Of a DNA stretch of 64,000 nt, positions 25,820 through 39,075 are shown one piece after another. The DNA is from Rhizophagus irregularis (Eukaryota). Position 1 is the stretch's first letter; each line of letters opens with the position of its first letter. The DNA lies in NCBI RefSeq assembly GCF_026210795.1, contig NC_089436.1, positions 1,798,001 through 1,862,000 on the forward strand, written 5' to 3'. A program made the translations under genes and the position numbers. The notes under the pieces were generated by a model. It searched no databases and had not been told where the DNA came from. It was given only the letters and a program-made list of their open reading frames with translations.

Positions 25820-26268
25820 TTAATCCTCATTCCTTCTGGAATATGGGAAACCAGGATACCGAATCCCATAATTCTGCGTCCATTATGAACAATAAGAATA
25901 AGGCTATGACCATCTATAACCAGGATAGTATCCAGAGTAGTACTTGAGGTAATATCCAGGATAGTAAGGATAGTATCCATGAGATCTATGTATATGTGTA
26001 CGTATTTAAACATTAGTATAAATCGTTAAGAAATAATGATTTTGCCAACTTGATAGTAAATTAGTACCCGAATTGAGCTTCAGCGTCATCTTTATTATCG
26101 TCTTCAACAGGATTGGTGAGAGCGCAGATTTTGGAGCTTTAGATTCGAAATTTACAATGGAGCCAATAGAAGAATTTTCAGTCGTGGGAATAGCAATTGC
26201 GAAAGAAGAGAGAAAGAAAAGGATTAGGGAAACAACGATAGTAAAAAAAAAAGATATTTTGGTTTCAT
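25820..26268 (-). pseudogene. Disrupted small secreted Tyr/Pro/Gly-rich peptide precursor
   Basis: Signal-like MKPKYLFF..IVVSLILFFLSSFAIAIP, acidic NPVEDDNKDDAEAQFG, an intron, then SHGYYPYYPGYYLKYYSGYYPGYRWS*PYSYCS*...RYPGFPYSRRNED*. Two frameshifts and in-frame stops. Confidence 0.55.
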
Positions 26269-27784
26269 TGTTGAAAAGATTTAATTATTTGGTTTTTTTT
26301 TCTGTTTATGCACGAAGTTGAAATTTTCTGGAAGATGGAATTTTATGTTCTTTTATAATTTATTTTTCGTAATTAAATAACCTCTGTTTTAAGCAGATTT
26401 CTTTTTTTTTTAATTTGATCTTTTTTAGACACTAAAATCATATTTTGATTAGTTAAATTAGTTTATTAAAGCTTTACCTGTTATCAATGTTACGCGATCC
26501 TGCACAAAAAAATTTAACTATCGTTTTTACAGATTTATTTTACAGATTTATTAAAAAATAAACTTCTTTTCAAAGAAATATGGAATTACAAGAAAAAATC
26601 ATCTCTTTTTTGGGATTAACATTGAAACCAATTCTTTATAATGATATCATTAAATTGAATCAAATAGTTAATATTATGCTGGAGTTCAGAGGAGGGGTTA
26701 CGCAGTACGCAGTTATGCTCCTATTACTAGCCAAAATTATAATCCTGCGTCGATTATCACGTGAGATTTCCCACAAACGTCTCGCGTAATTTTTTTTCCA
26801 CATTTCAAAGGTAATAATATAATTTATAATTCTATAAATTCCAACAGTTATACACGAGTTGCATCTCATAACTAGCGTTCTTTTGAAAATTTTTTTACGT
26901 ATGTAACTCAAAATCATTCAATTTCATAGCTTGAATTCTTAATTGATATGTTGATTATGTTGTTGGATAAATGACTTTATCTTTCTATTTAAACTAACGC
27001 ATTGATATCCGGCTAAAAATTGTATACCTTCCGATTGATTAATTAAAAATAGTTATCAAGAACAAAAGAAGAAATTTATTTTATACTTTTTTTTTCATTT
27101 GTTTGTTTAACGGTATAAGACTAAAAAAAAAAAGTGTGTAATAAATTTGAACCAATTGGCCCTTAACGCAGATTGTATCACTCTAATTAAAATCAACAAA
27201 ACTCAATCCTTATATAGTAAACATGGTAAATCTGAATAGCCTCATCCCAGGGTTGAAATCGGAAATATATCAAAATTTTCCGATTTTTAATGTTTGCATT
27301 TTAAACCCCACATCTAAACACATCTAAACAACCTTAAAAGATTTTTATTGCATAAATGTAAGTAATTTAAATAAAACGAGTAATAATTCTATGCGTGTTA
27401 CTATTTTGTCCAAACGCCTTTAATAAATTGCTCCATTTAGATCGCATCTACGTTCATTAAAATTCCAATGATATAACTGGGAAAGATTGTCGTGAAGTGA
27501 TTGGCGCATCTAAAAAAAAAAAAATATGTATATATATATGCACAATATTTTATATATTGATAATATTTTGACATAAAATTTTTATTTTATTATTCTAATA
27601 AATGATAATCTAACGAATACTTAAATACATTATACGTATTAAATTTATCATCTAATTATTTTACATTTATTCATTGTAAGTTTTACAATTATTGAAAAAA
27701 AAAATCCAATACATTATTAAAATAATACAAATTAAGCCAACAGATAGACCTCCAATAATGAATAAAGCAAATAATTAATTATTA

Positions 27785-29395
27785 TCATGTATTAACGCGT
27801 AAGACTGTCGGCACAACGATTGCGGCAATTATTAATATTAGTAATATTAAACCAAGTAATTTCCACTTTTTCTGAAATGATGATTTTATTAAGTATCAGT
27901 AAATCTATTATTATTAAAGCAATACAAAAAAAACAATTCTAAGTACCATTTACCTTCTTTATTTTCCCTGCTATTTTTATTGTTGGCGTTGTATCTTGTT
28001 CTATTTGATTCGTATTGTCTTGTATGACATCTGTTGTATCTGATATCTTTTTTGCCTTAATATCATCTCCTAACACCAACGCTTTTACTTCGCCGAACAT
28101 TTTATTTATTTCCTTTTATGAAAATATCAATAATTAGGAAATGTAAAAAAAAAATGAGATACTAAATAATTTTTGTTTAATCATACATTAATTGATTTTT
28201 CAATTCTTAAAATATCTCTCTGTCGATCCTGAACTTCTGTAAGAATCGACCGCGACTGTTCTGATTGTGTTTTTGATAGAACCTGAATTTAATTGACTAA
28301 AATTCGTAAAAGAATTTCTACGAGATTCAAAAAAAAAAATGAATATCAAAATTAAAGAACAACTTGTGAGGTAAATATTTGCCCAGATTCTTCGCTCAAC
28401 AACTGATCAATTTCTTGTTGCGTGACATCAGGTTTTACTAAATTAAGCAAAAGTAAATAAAAATTATAATTACACATAAAGATATTTGTTAACGCACACA
28501 CCTATACGAAATTGCCTTACAATCCTCTCCTTGTATTTTTTCTCATTTTCCTTTTGCATCCGGAGATAATTTGTCATTGTGTCAATAAATGATTTAGCTA
28601 ACGTCGCGTGCTTTGTTTTTTTAAAAAACAAAATATTAGTAAATGATAAAGATTTATTTAATTTATTATAATAATTAAATACCTGTGTTAAACGCATTTG
28701 TGTCTGATCTTGTCCAGTTGTTAAAGTTTTATTATTTTGTTCCATCACTAAATTTAGACAGCATTAAATACACTCATCAATTTTACAAATCATTGAAAAA
28801 ATAATCGTATAAAATTTATCTTACCCGCTAACTTATTGCTTATTTGACCTGCTATACGGCTCGTCTCTGATATTAGCAAATCCAGTTGCCGAGACATTCC
28901 TATTATGAAATGGAAATAATAGTATTATGAGTAATAATATAAAAAGTGTTTAAGGCAAAAAACATGAAATTGGGAACGGTGCTCAACGAGAACTCTCATC
29001 ATCTGTTACCGTGACCATTCTTTTGTGTAATGCTTCGATTCCTGACATGTTCTCTTTAATATTTCGAATCATTTCTTGAATAGCATTTACCTAATAATTC
29101 GAATGCGATAAATTTATTTTGTCATTATATCTACATGAATAAGAGTTAGTCAAAATTAATTCGTCTCAACTAAATTATGAAAATTAATACTTACTTCTCT
29201 AAAAAACTCGCCAAGACTTTGACCTCCACCACCAGTGCTAGGGCCGGCTTGGCTTCCACTTCCAATTCCTTCCATTGGAATTTCCACCGCTACGTGTGGA
29301 GGCTGGAAATTTGGAGAAAAAAAATTAAAGTTCAGACTTTTAAATCAATGAATGATCAATTAAAATTTACCTACCGAAAATTCTGACGTACTCAT
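27785..29395 (-). CDS. Syntaxin (SSO-like Qa-SNARE), divergent, about 10 exons
   Basis: Habc-like helices (FFREVNAIQEMIRNIKENM...; RIVRQFRIVKPDVTQQEID), SNARE motif LTEVQDRQRDILRIE..EINKMFGEVKALV, and a C-terminal transmembrane segment KKWKLLGLILLILIIAAIVVPTVLR. Confidence 0.85.
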
Positions 29396-31746
29396 TACGG
29401 TAATAAAAGCAAACAAAAGGAACAAAAAGATGAAAGTTTCGAAGAACCGTCAAAGATTTTTGGAATGAAATATGAAGACCAGCTGCAATTTCAAGAACAC
29501 ATCAACCAGCACATGCAATTTTACTTGTACTGGAGTACAGATTTTTATTTAGATTCCTATATCTATTTTTTGTTGACTACTAAATTTGATATTCACAGAT
29601 TCTTGCATGATATTGTATCACAGGAGATATACACAATGCACGAATATCTGAAGTTTTGAACTATCGAAAATAGATTGATAGACTCGTGATGTATACAAGT
29701 ACGAAGAAGGGAATTTCATCAAAGATTCGTTCATAATTACATATTTTTTCTTATCCGACTTTGCATTATCTAGTTAAAACCTTCAATTTTCTTATCGGAT
29801 AATAAAAGTTTAACTGTTAATTTGCTAAACATTAAGTAATTTTTTTTCCAAATTTCAGCTGACTATCTTACACCAAATTTAGTCAAATGATATCGTCGTA
29901 CAAAAGTAGTAAATTGAAACGTGAAACTCGGAACTCCGCGAAAACATATATCAAATAAAAAAAGAATGTCACTGCTCCTTTAAAAGAGCCTCTATAACAA
30001 AAGTACTGATAATCACTACGAAAAATTCTCATTGAAGAATTGCACTATTACTATATAGTATGCCTATTAACATAATGGAGAATCATATATGTATGTAATT
30101 TTTGATGATCCCACCAAAAAAAAACCGTTAACGTAAATATAATGAGCAAAGCTTTGATAAGTTAAAAGTCCTATTTAAAGTTGTGATCTTCGATTTTATT
30201 TATCCATCGCGTAATAAATCAATTTATTGAAACTGTTCTCATCACAAGATAAGGCTACTGGCTCTATAAATCGCAATTATCTTGCTATTGATTTCCACAT
30301 TTACCGATTTGTTTACTTTTTCTTTCTGATATGATCAATTGGATATTGATGATTGTAGAAAGAAATTTACAAATCATTTTTAAATACAATGTATCCCCGA
30401 TGGTGCAGGATCTGATTTTACAAATTATAGAATATCTGTTATGATGTAAAGTAAAATTAATATATTTTAAAAAAATTAAAAATTTGAATAAATACTAGTA
30501 TTTTCAATATATACAATATATACAATATAGATGCTTGGTACTACTCAATAAAGTTTGAATCAAGGTTAAAAACTTTTTTTTTAAAAAAAAACAATGTTAA
30601 ATAAAAATTTATCAAATATAATACCACATAGTATATTGCATATAATATCAGAATAGATCCTATAAGGTAAATATTTGAAAATTGCAGTTAAATAATGGTT
30701 TAATTTTACTTAAAAAAAGATATTATTGAATAAGATATTATATAATTTGTATAATAAAAAATATAAAAAGAAATATATATATATTATATATAATTTATAT
30801 AGAAGGTAATTAAACACTATTAAACACATTTAGAGTAAAAAAACTTACATATATATATATTATTAAAATAAAAAAATTAAGTTAAATACATTTATTACAA
30901 CTTAATCAGTATTGATTAAAATAAAAATTTATTAATGAATTCCATTTTTATTTGCTATAAGAATAATTTTAATTTTATTTATAAAATATATAGTTGATTA
31001 ATAATCTTATTAGTTATTACTGTAATATACTTTTCAAGTATTTTATTTTTGATAATATTAAATAATTTAATATTATTACATTAGATTATAAATTCAATAT
31101 AAGATTAACAAATATAATTTTATATGAATTAGCAAAATTTGTAAAGTACACTAATTTTTAAAATTTAAATAATAATTTAATTTTAAATTCATTAAATTTG
31201 TCTTATTAAGATAAATTTAATGATAATGATTTTATACTTTTAGAATTAATAGTTAATATAAAATATACTATAAGTTATATATAAAAATTATTGTAAAAAG
31301 TATACTGATTTTGCATTTTCATTAATTTTTGCAATTATTCATAGTTTGCAACTCATTAACATACCAAATGATAGTATTATTTGCATTAAATAAATTATTT
31401 ATATGAAGAGTAACTGGTGTAGTTTTACAATTAAATATATATGAATTATTTAATAATTTAATTTTAATAAAATTTTTCTTTTATAACCTTTGATAAAAGT
31501 TATAAAATTAAAAAAAATCATTTAAATTGAATTATTGAATAATAAAATAATTGTAAAAAATTAATAAAAATTCAAAATAAGTATTACTATCTTTTGTTAT
31601 AATAGTTTCTATATGCTATTCAAATTATTTTTAAACTGCTATAATTATAAATAAAATTCCAAATTTAATTATAACATTTCAAATTATTTTAGTATTTTAT
31701 ATAGTAAATTATATATAAATTAAATAAATTATAATATTTTAAATTA

Positions 31747-33330
31747 CAGTGTGTAATAAAAAAAAACTAAAATTAAATTCATGATGATAATACCAAATTG
31801 TGTAAAATTTTTTATTTGAAAACTGAAAACCAGCTATTTTGATTGATATAAATAAACTAATAAAAGATTTGTTTTCCTTTATTCTCAATAATCTCAATAA
31901 TAAGCTTTTCATTGAACTTGTGAAATTTTTAACATAGTATCTGGAATTGCTCTTTATTTTTTCACTATAAATCTTTCTAATTTATTGAGATTTTTTGGCA
32001 TTTAGCATTTCACATTTTCCTTAATAATTGCCTATAATTTATCTATTAGATTTAGATTAGAATTATTTAAAGATCAGTTTATGACATTTGGAGTATTATT
32101 TTGGAGAAATTCTCTAGTAAAATGGCTTGTATATTTTGGGTCATTATTCTGCTGAAGTTACCAATCATCATCAAGCATTATATCAATTTTTAAAATGTGA
32201 TTTTCAAGGATTTTAATATAAAATTCAGCATTTATTATTTAACAGAAGTAAACCAAATTTGTTTTGCTTATTTACACAAAATTTGTTCTATGCAAAAATC
32301 TTTACTCTATCTTTTAACATAGACGTATCAGCTTATATTAATGCTTCACAGTATTCTGAAAAAGTTAAAAGGTAATTTCATCTAAAAATAGGATTTTGTT
32401 CCAGTTATTATTAATATATTACTACATCTATTTAATACGTTTTTGCTTGTAAATAGCAATAAGCATTGAAGTTACCCTTGAAAGAGATTTTTTATATTCA
32501 TAAATAGCTAAATACTTTGAAACTATTATATAAAATACTTCAAAGCCCAATTGGCATAATTTTTTAACTAAATTTCTTGTTAAGATTAAAGTGTCTTTTC
32601 AAATACTACTTTGCTCAAGAGAATTTGAAAATTTACCAGTAATTTTTTTTAGCTGACTACTTTTTTTTTATGATTTATTGTTTTATCTTTATTTAACTTT
32701 TTAATATTATCATATATTATGAAAAAAGGGATATTTATAACCTTATAAATTTTAGTACCTTTACATATTTCTTTATTTCACAGTTGTAAAATGATTTGTC
32801 ATTATTTTTTTTACTTTAATACTACTATTTTATGATGCAGTAAGACCCTGAACAATACAGTACTGATATAACTCACATTATTTGAGTTTGCATAGAGTTT
32901 TATATTAAAATTTTTCAAAAGTTGCATATTACAAAGTATTTTTAAAAGTTTATTATCATATATACCCCTGTTTTTAATACAACCAGTGATTCAATTTTAA
33001 TAAAATTTATATCATTAGATTTGTCTTGATGAGAGAATTCTAATGATAGTAAAATTGAATTCCTAACTTTAATATTGACAGAGTTATGTCATAAAATATA
33101 TTTTTACTTCAGTACTTAAAGTTTACTTGTAAATTATATTAGTATTATTCGGGATTCTGATGCAGTAACTCAAAAAAACAAATAAACATATACCTGATCA
33201 AAAGTCAGAATTTATTAGTATAATCATCACATCAATCTTCCACTTTTAGATTTTCAAATCAGACACAAATTGGTTGTGTAAGACTAATTTATGTTATATA
33301 TTTAAAATTCTAGTTTTTTGTTATATACTG
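31747..33330 (-). mobile_element. Hypermutated Tc1/mariner element (DD34E-type transposase relic) with TA TSD
   Basis: ta|CAGTGTGTAATAAAAAAAAACTAAAATT ... reverse complement CAGTATATAACAAAAAACTAGAATT|ta. The minus strand at 32010-32170 reads W*LQQNNDPKYTS...VIN*SLNNSNLNLIDKL*AIIK, a decayed WRLQQDNDPKHTS...WP.NSPDLNPIENLWAIIK. Length is about 1.26 kb without the nested MITE. Confidence 0.8.
32843..33157. mobile_element. MULE-type MITE nested in the Tc1 relic, 10-bp TSD TGATGCAGTA
   Basis: TSD at 32833-32842 and 33158-33167. Ends AGACCCTGAACAATAC and reverse complement GAATCCCGAATAATAC. Confidence 0.75.
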
Positions 33331-34442
33331 TATATATATATATTTTTTATAGTTGCAGTATATTTGGAAGTTATATTTTACTTAATCAGCAAATATTTCT
33401 AATAAGTATTTAGAAGTTTATTAAAGTTGTAAAGAAAAAAAAAATACAAATTAATTAATTTAATAATCCAGTAATAAGTCTAATAATTAAATTACTTATT
33501 ATGTAAAAATACTTTATATATATACTATTAGATAAATTTAGGCTCAGTAAATAAGATTCAATTTGCTATTAATTCAGTTCTATCTTAAAATACTTGGCAC
33601 TCTATTTTTGCATCTGTTTGAAATCCTATCAGTCGATCTATTATATTGCTAAAAATAGAATAATATTTCTCACTATAGATGAAATTAAAATGAAAATAAT
33701 AAAATTAAAATAGTTAGCAAAAATTTTATAGGTCAAAATATAAAATTGAAATGAATTTTAATAGTTGTTTAATTATAAAAATTAAATAAATTATAGAATT
33801 GAAATAAATTACAAGAATCAAAATAAATTATAAAAGTTGAAATAAAATTTCAGTTTTTTTTATTATTAATTTATTATAATTTATAATATTGTAATTTTTT
33901 TTTTCACAAATTTATTAGTATAATATTAGTAATTATATAAAAATAAAAAAATTATAAATTATGTTATATTATTAATTTATTCTTTTATGGAATCTTATAT
34001 GTATACTATTAGGTGTTATAGTGATTAATCAGATAGATAACATATGAAATGCATTATCTTAATATATAGCCTTAACACTGCCTTAACATTTTTGTTTGGT
34101 AAACTATAAAATCTACTGCACTGCAATTATACAAAATTTTTTTTCAATTTTCATACTATTGATAAAAAGATTTATAAGAGAATTTTTACATTTGATTATT
34201 TGGTCAATAATATGTGAGTAGTAAAAACTTTATTATAATTAAAGTAGTTAGGTACAATTTGGTCAATTTGGTAATACTGAAAAATTTTTTGACTTAGATT
34301 ATTTTTTTACAACATGGTTTATTATAATATTATTTTATTATATTAAATTATTTTATTGTAATAGAATAATTTTTATTAATAAAGATATTAAATCTTTAAA
34401 TATAAAAAAAAACTTTTTTTTTACTTTTATTAAACTTATATA

Positions 34443-34621
34443 TAGTTGACTTTCTTTATAGTCATACCTCTCGAAACTGAAAAAAAAGGTGTAATTATAA
34501 AAAAAAGCCATATATTGTGACTATAGAGAAGATTTTTCTAATATATTTATTAATATATTGAGTCAAAATATATATAATGTAATTATACAGAAGGTGACTG
34601 ACTATATAGGAGAGTTAACTG
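34443..34621. mobile_element. Tc1/mariner (pogo-like) MITE, TA TSD
   Basis: ta|TAGTTGACTTTCTTTATAGTCA ... TGACTATATAGGAGAGTTAACTG|ta. Confidence 0.65.
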
Positions 34622-35965
34622 TATATTTTAAGTTCAAGTTTGTTTAAAAAGTTTAGTAATCTTTTTAAAAAAAAAGAAGAAACATTAATACATTAATTAT
34701 ATTTTTTCTATATATTAAAAAAACTTCACCTTTTATTAATTTACTGGAAATCTTGCATGTATTTTAAGTTTAGATTTGTCTAAAAAATCTGGCAATCTAA
34801 AGAAAAAAAAAAGTTAATATATTTTTTTTATGTATTAAAAAAATCTTTTCTTTAAAACCTTTAAAACTTTTATTTTTTATTTAAATATATACTTATACTT
34901 CAAATTAAACTTGATAAAAAAACTTAATGCAGTTATTAGTATAGTTTTATTTTATTTTTTTCATTCTTATTTTTTTTTGTAATTTTTTATCTTCTAGATT
35001 AAAAACAATCTGGAGAGATATTTTACCTAGAATAAGCAGTATAAACAAAATGTGAAATACCTTGCTTAAGTCAATAATAATAAGCAAAATACAAGTTCAA
35101 TAATATGAAAAGGTTTAAAATGATAATATTTTTATTAATAAACTTTTATTAACTACTTTAACAAAATATACTTTATATCAATGGATAAAATACTGCCCAA
35201 AACTTAGTAGTTTCCAAAACTATTAAAACTAAAACTTAGTAAAACTATTTTCTGAAATTTTTTTATTTTCCAAAACTACAAAACTGATAAAACTAATCCA
35301 AAATTGGTAAAACTAATTTGAAACTGGTAAATTAATCTAAAATTAGTAAAACTAATTAAATTAATAAAAAAAAATTTTAAATTAATATATCATATTATTA
35401 TAATAAATATTAATTTATAATTTTAAAATGAAGTATTAATAAGCTAATAAAATTTCTTTATTAATAACTTTATTTGTAAATTATAATAATTAATTAAAAT
35501 TTAAAAGATATATTAGTTATAATTTTATTTATATTAAATTCATTTTCATTTTCACTACTATTTATAATAATTAATTCTTTATTGATTTAGTTGTTTTATT
35601 TCCTTCAGTAATTAACTGATACTTAATAGTAAAAATGTTATACTAAACCTTATATATAAAAAGAGAGATAGAAATAGATTTACCATTCATGATTTTATGT
35701 TATCCTTGAATCCTTTCTTACGATTAATTTCCATTTTGCTTAATATTGCCATTTATTATATATCAAATATTAATAAAGACTTATCCATTTTATTCTGATT
35801 CTTTTCAAATTATTTAGTATGTTATGCTTTTTCGATAAAACATATCATATTTTAATGATATTATAAAGTGATTATTAAAACAAAACCATCCATTTAAAAT
35901 ATGCAGGCAACTTTAAGGATAAGGCACTAAAACTTCTAATATTGAAATAGTATGCAGCTTAACTA

Positions 35966-36185
35966 GGATCCCGAAAAATACATAAAAAGGTCACATTTGA
36001 GTTTGCTTAAAAAGAACCTAAATTTTCATGAAAATCTTGTCTTTTTTAGATAATGCTGGCCTAAATTTTATTGTCTGTTTTGATACTGGCCAGCATTATC
36101 ATAATTCCGACCCTGAAAAGTTGCTTATTTTAGGCCAAAATCTTGCCGATTATTTATGACCTCCATATGTATTTTTTGGGGTTCT
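35966..36185. mobile_element. MULE-type MITE, 9-bp TSD GCTTAACTA
   Basis: gcttaacta|GGATCCCGAAAAATACATA ... TATGTATTTTTTGGGGTTCT|gcttaacta. Confidence 0.8.
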
Positions 36186-36299
36186 GCTTAACTATACATA
36201 CTAATTCACTATGATGCAATTCAATTTATATTAATTCCTGTACTTTTACATTATTAGTATTAGTATCTGCAGTTATTCTAACAAATAGTTTTATTTAAT

Positions 36300-36990
36300 T
36301 TTGCAAATAGTTATATGACTTTTATTTATACTTTAACTTTGAAAAATTTTGCAAGATTAAACAATATTATAAAATAAGAAAATAAAACAAAAAATAAAAT
36401 AAAGAGTAGCTTTACGATTCATACAAGTAAAGAAATTTAAACTAAAATAAAATTAAAGAAAAGAAAAACTAAATTATTACAGAATCACATACCCTAATTT
36501 TACCTAAAGGCCAGTATAAGTCAACTATCTAGTATATATATCACAAATCCACCTGTCAGAGAGAAATCTTAAGACAAAAAGGTTGAACTGTTAAGTGGTG
36601 CAGAATCCAAGTGCAAGATTTAAAATCCATCCTGAATTATAGAAGAGAAAACCTAAGAAACCCAGAAATCTGAGAAGACTGTTACCTAAGAAGAGTGATC
36701 AATTAAAGTAGAGAAGATTTGAAAAGATGGTAAAGAAGCAGGACAAGATTTTATGATAGTAGGAGTAATCCTTTGAGAAAGTTCTTAGTGATGAAAGAAA
36801 ATTGAACAGCAAATCCAAATATTCACATAAAGATGGAAATGGAATTTATGTAATAGAGAAGTCAGAGTTGTAAAGACCACTTGCTAAGAGAAAATTTGGC
36901 TAAGAAGGAATCAAAGTAGCAGGAATAAAACTGCAAGTCAACTAAAGATAAGGGTGAGAAGGCAAAGCACTATTTCAACAGTCAAGCACA
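36300..36990 (-). mobile_element. Decayed 5'-truncated non-LTR retrotransposon fragment, 17-bp TSD
   Basis: AAATAGTTTTATTTAAT at 36283-36299 and 36991-37007. Same layout as 13603-14046 (GCAAA end, A-rich tract, then a less AT-rich body). Confidence 0.6.
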
Positions 36991-39075
36991 AAATAGTTTT
37001 ATTTAATATTATATAGTAAAAAAAAAAGAATTATAATAAAATTTAAATATATAAAATTATATAACTAATAAAGTTAATTAACCAATAATATTTAATATAA
37101 AATATTTATTTAAATTCAATTTTTGGCAAAATGAAAGAGGATTGATGTTAAATAAAACTATTTATTAGAATGGCTTTATTATAAAATAAATTAAAATGAA
37201 TATTTGAATTTTAAATATAAATAAAAACTTAATTGAATCTTATTTTAAATATAATTTCTTAGTTTTAAATAAAGTTCTATTATATAATATATATAATATA
37301 AATTCTAGTTGTTTATTTTTTTATAAAGTAACTATTATTCAATTCATCTTATAAAACTATTCGAATAAGCTTTATTTTATTTTTCTATAACTACTGTTTA
37401 CCAAATTATTTAGCAAATCATTAAGTGGTGCAATTAAAATACCAAATTTTAACATTTTGTTGACTACCATTATTTTCATCTTGATAAGGTGATTCCAATG
37501 AGTAATTACTAAATCAAGAAATAACTGACAACATTACAGTTATACATAAATAATTATGTAATTTAATTATGAAATACGTTTTAGATTCGTTTTTGGCCAC
37601 AGATTTACCAGTTTTAATTTCAGCTAATCCGAATTGGTGATTTTTGGTCCACATTATAACATTAAGAAATTAATCGGCGACAAATAATTGCGTGACAGAT
37701 AAAATGGGCATATTATCACGTGGTTACTCCGTTTATACGTTTTCTAAACGAAAATTAATTTATATAAATAAGAAATCATGTTTTATGCAATAAATACTTG
37801 AGCAAACTTATAATGATTTGTAAGTAAATATTGTATAATTTGTTTAATTTTAATATTATTTACCGATAATATATATCAAAAATTTTTAGTTAAGAATGGA
37901 AAAATGAAACTTTTAAAATTGTTAAAATAAACTTGACTTTATATTAACTTTTTTTAAAAAAACTTATTGATTAAAGTACTTTTTAACTATTTAATAATCA
38001 AATATATTGCTAATTTTTAATGTTATTTATATAATTATAACCCTTTAACGATTTGTACATAGAATTTGTTAGCAGATCTATGAATTTACCAATAAGAAAT
38101 AAAGTTTGGTTATTGAAAATCAATGTGCTGAATATTTCAGTCATAGGGTACAAACGCAATTTATTATTTAAAAGAAATTGATCGTCGATCGTCACAAATT
38201 CATCTCTCTGCACGAGGTCATACAGTACAAGTAAATAAAAGGTGGTAGACCTCTTTTTCACCATTAAATATAAACGTTTTTTGTGTTTTGTTATAAGATC
38301 ATATGATTTACTGCAGAATATCGTAGAAACGTTATAAATTTTTTTCCAGAAGCGCTAGGAATTGCATTGTTCCTAAAAAAGGAATAGTGCAGGTTTAGAT
38401 TTTAGTCTGATTTACCCATCCTTTAAAGAAAATATTGAATTTAATGACATAAAATTAATATATGTATTATATGTATAAATTATAAAATAAGTTGAAACTT
38501 ATTAGAAGATCGTATATTAATAAATAACAAAAATTTTAAATGAAATAACGAACCGTTTTATAATGAGAAATAAACATTTTGTTCTAATCGTTCATAATGC
38601 AGCAGGATTTAAAATTAAAATATTAACTGTAACGAGAATGGACAAATTAAGAAAAAAAAAGAGTTGATCTTATTTAATATATTCGTAAAGTTTGTATAAC
38701 ATGGTCAGTCGTGATAAAATCATTTGTTGTATTATTTAAGAAGTTGGAATTAAAATCATTTGAAGATCGGATAAAAAGATAAATAAATAAAAAATAAATA
38801 AATTTAATTTAATATACTATTATCTCTGATTTCAGACTAAAAATGGCGGCGTGGAGAAAAATCTGAATTTAACTTATAATAGCAATTAATTTCTTCAAAA
38901 ACTTTTGTTCATAAATTTTGCCTTGATCGAATCCGTGACACAACAAATCGTGTACCATGTTACTGTAACTAAATATGCAAAAGATTTTTTTTGACATCAG
39001 CATGCATAAATGATTTCTATTTAAACGTGTATAAGCAGCACAAGCATAACTTTCACCTCCACATATTAAAAGATA

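Noticed and set aside
30140..30540. Possible F-box-like pseudogene
   Set aside because: No reconstructable frame or convincing motif.
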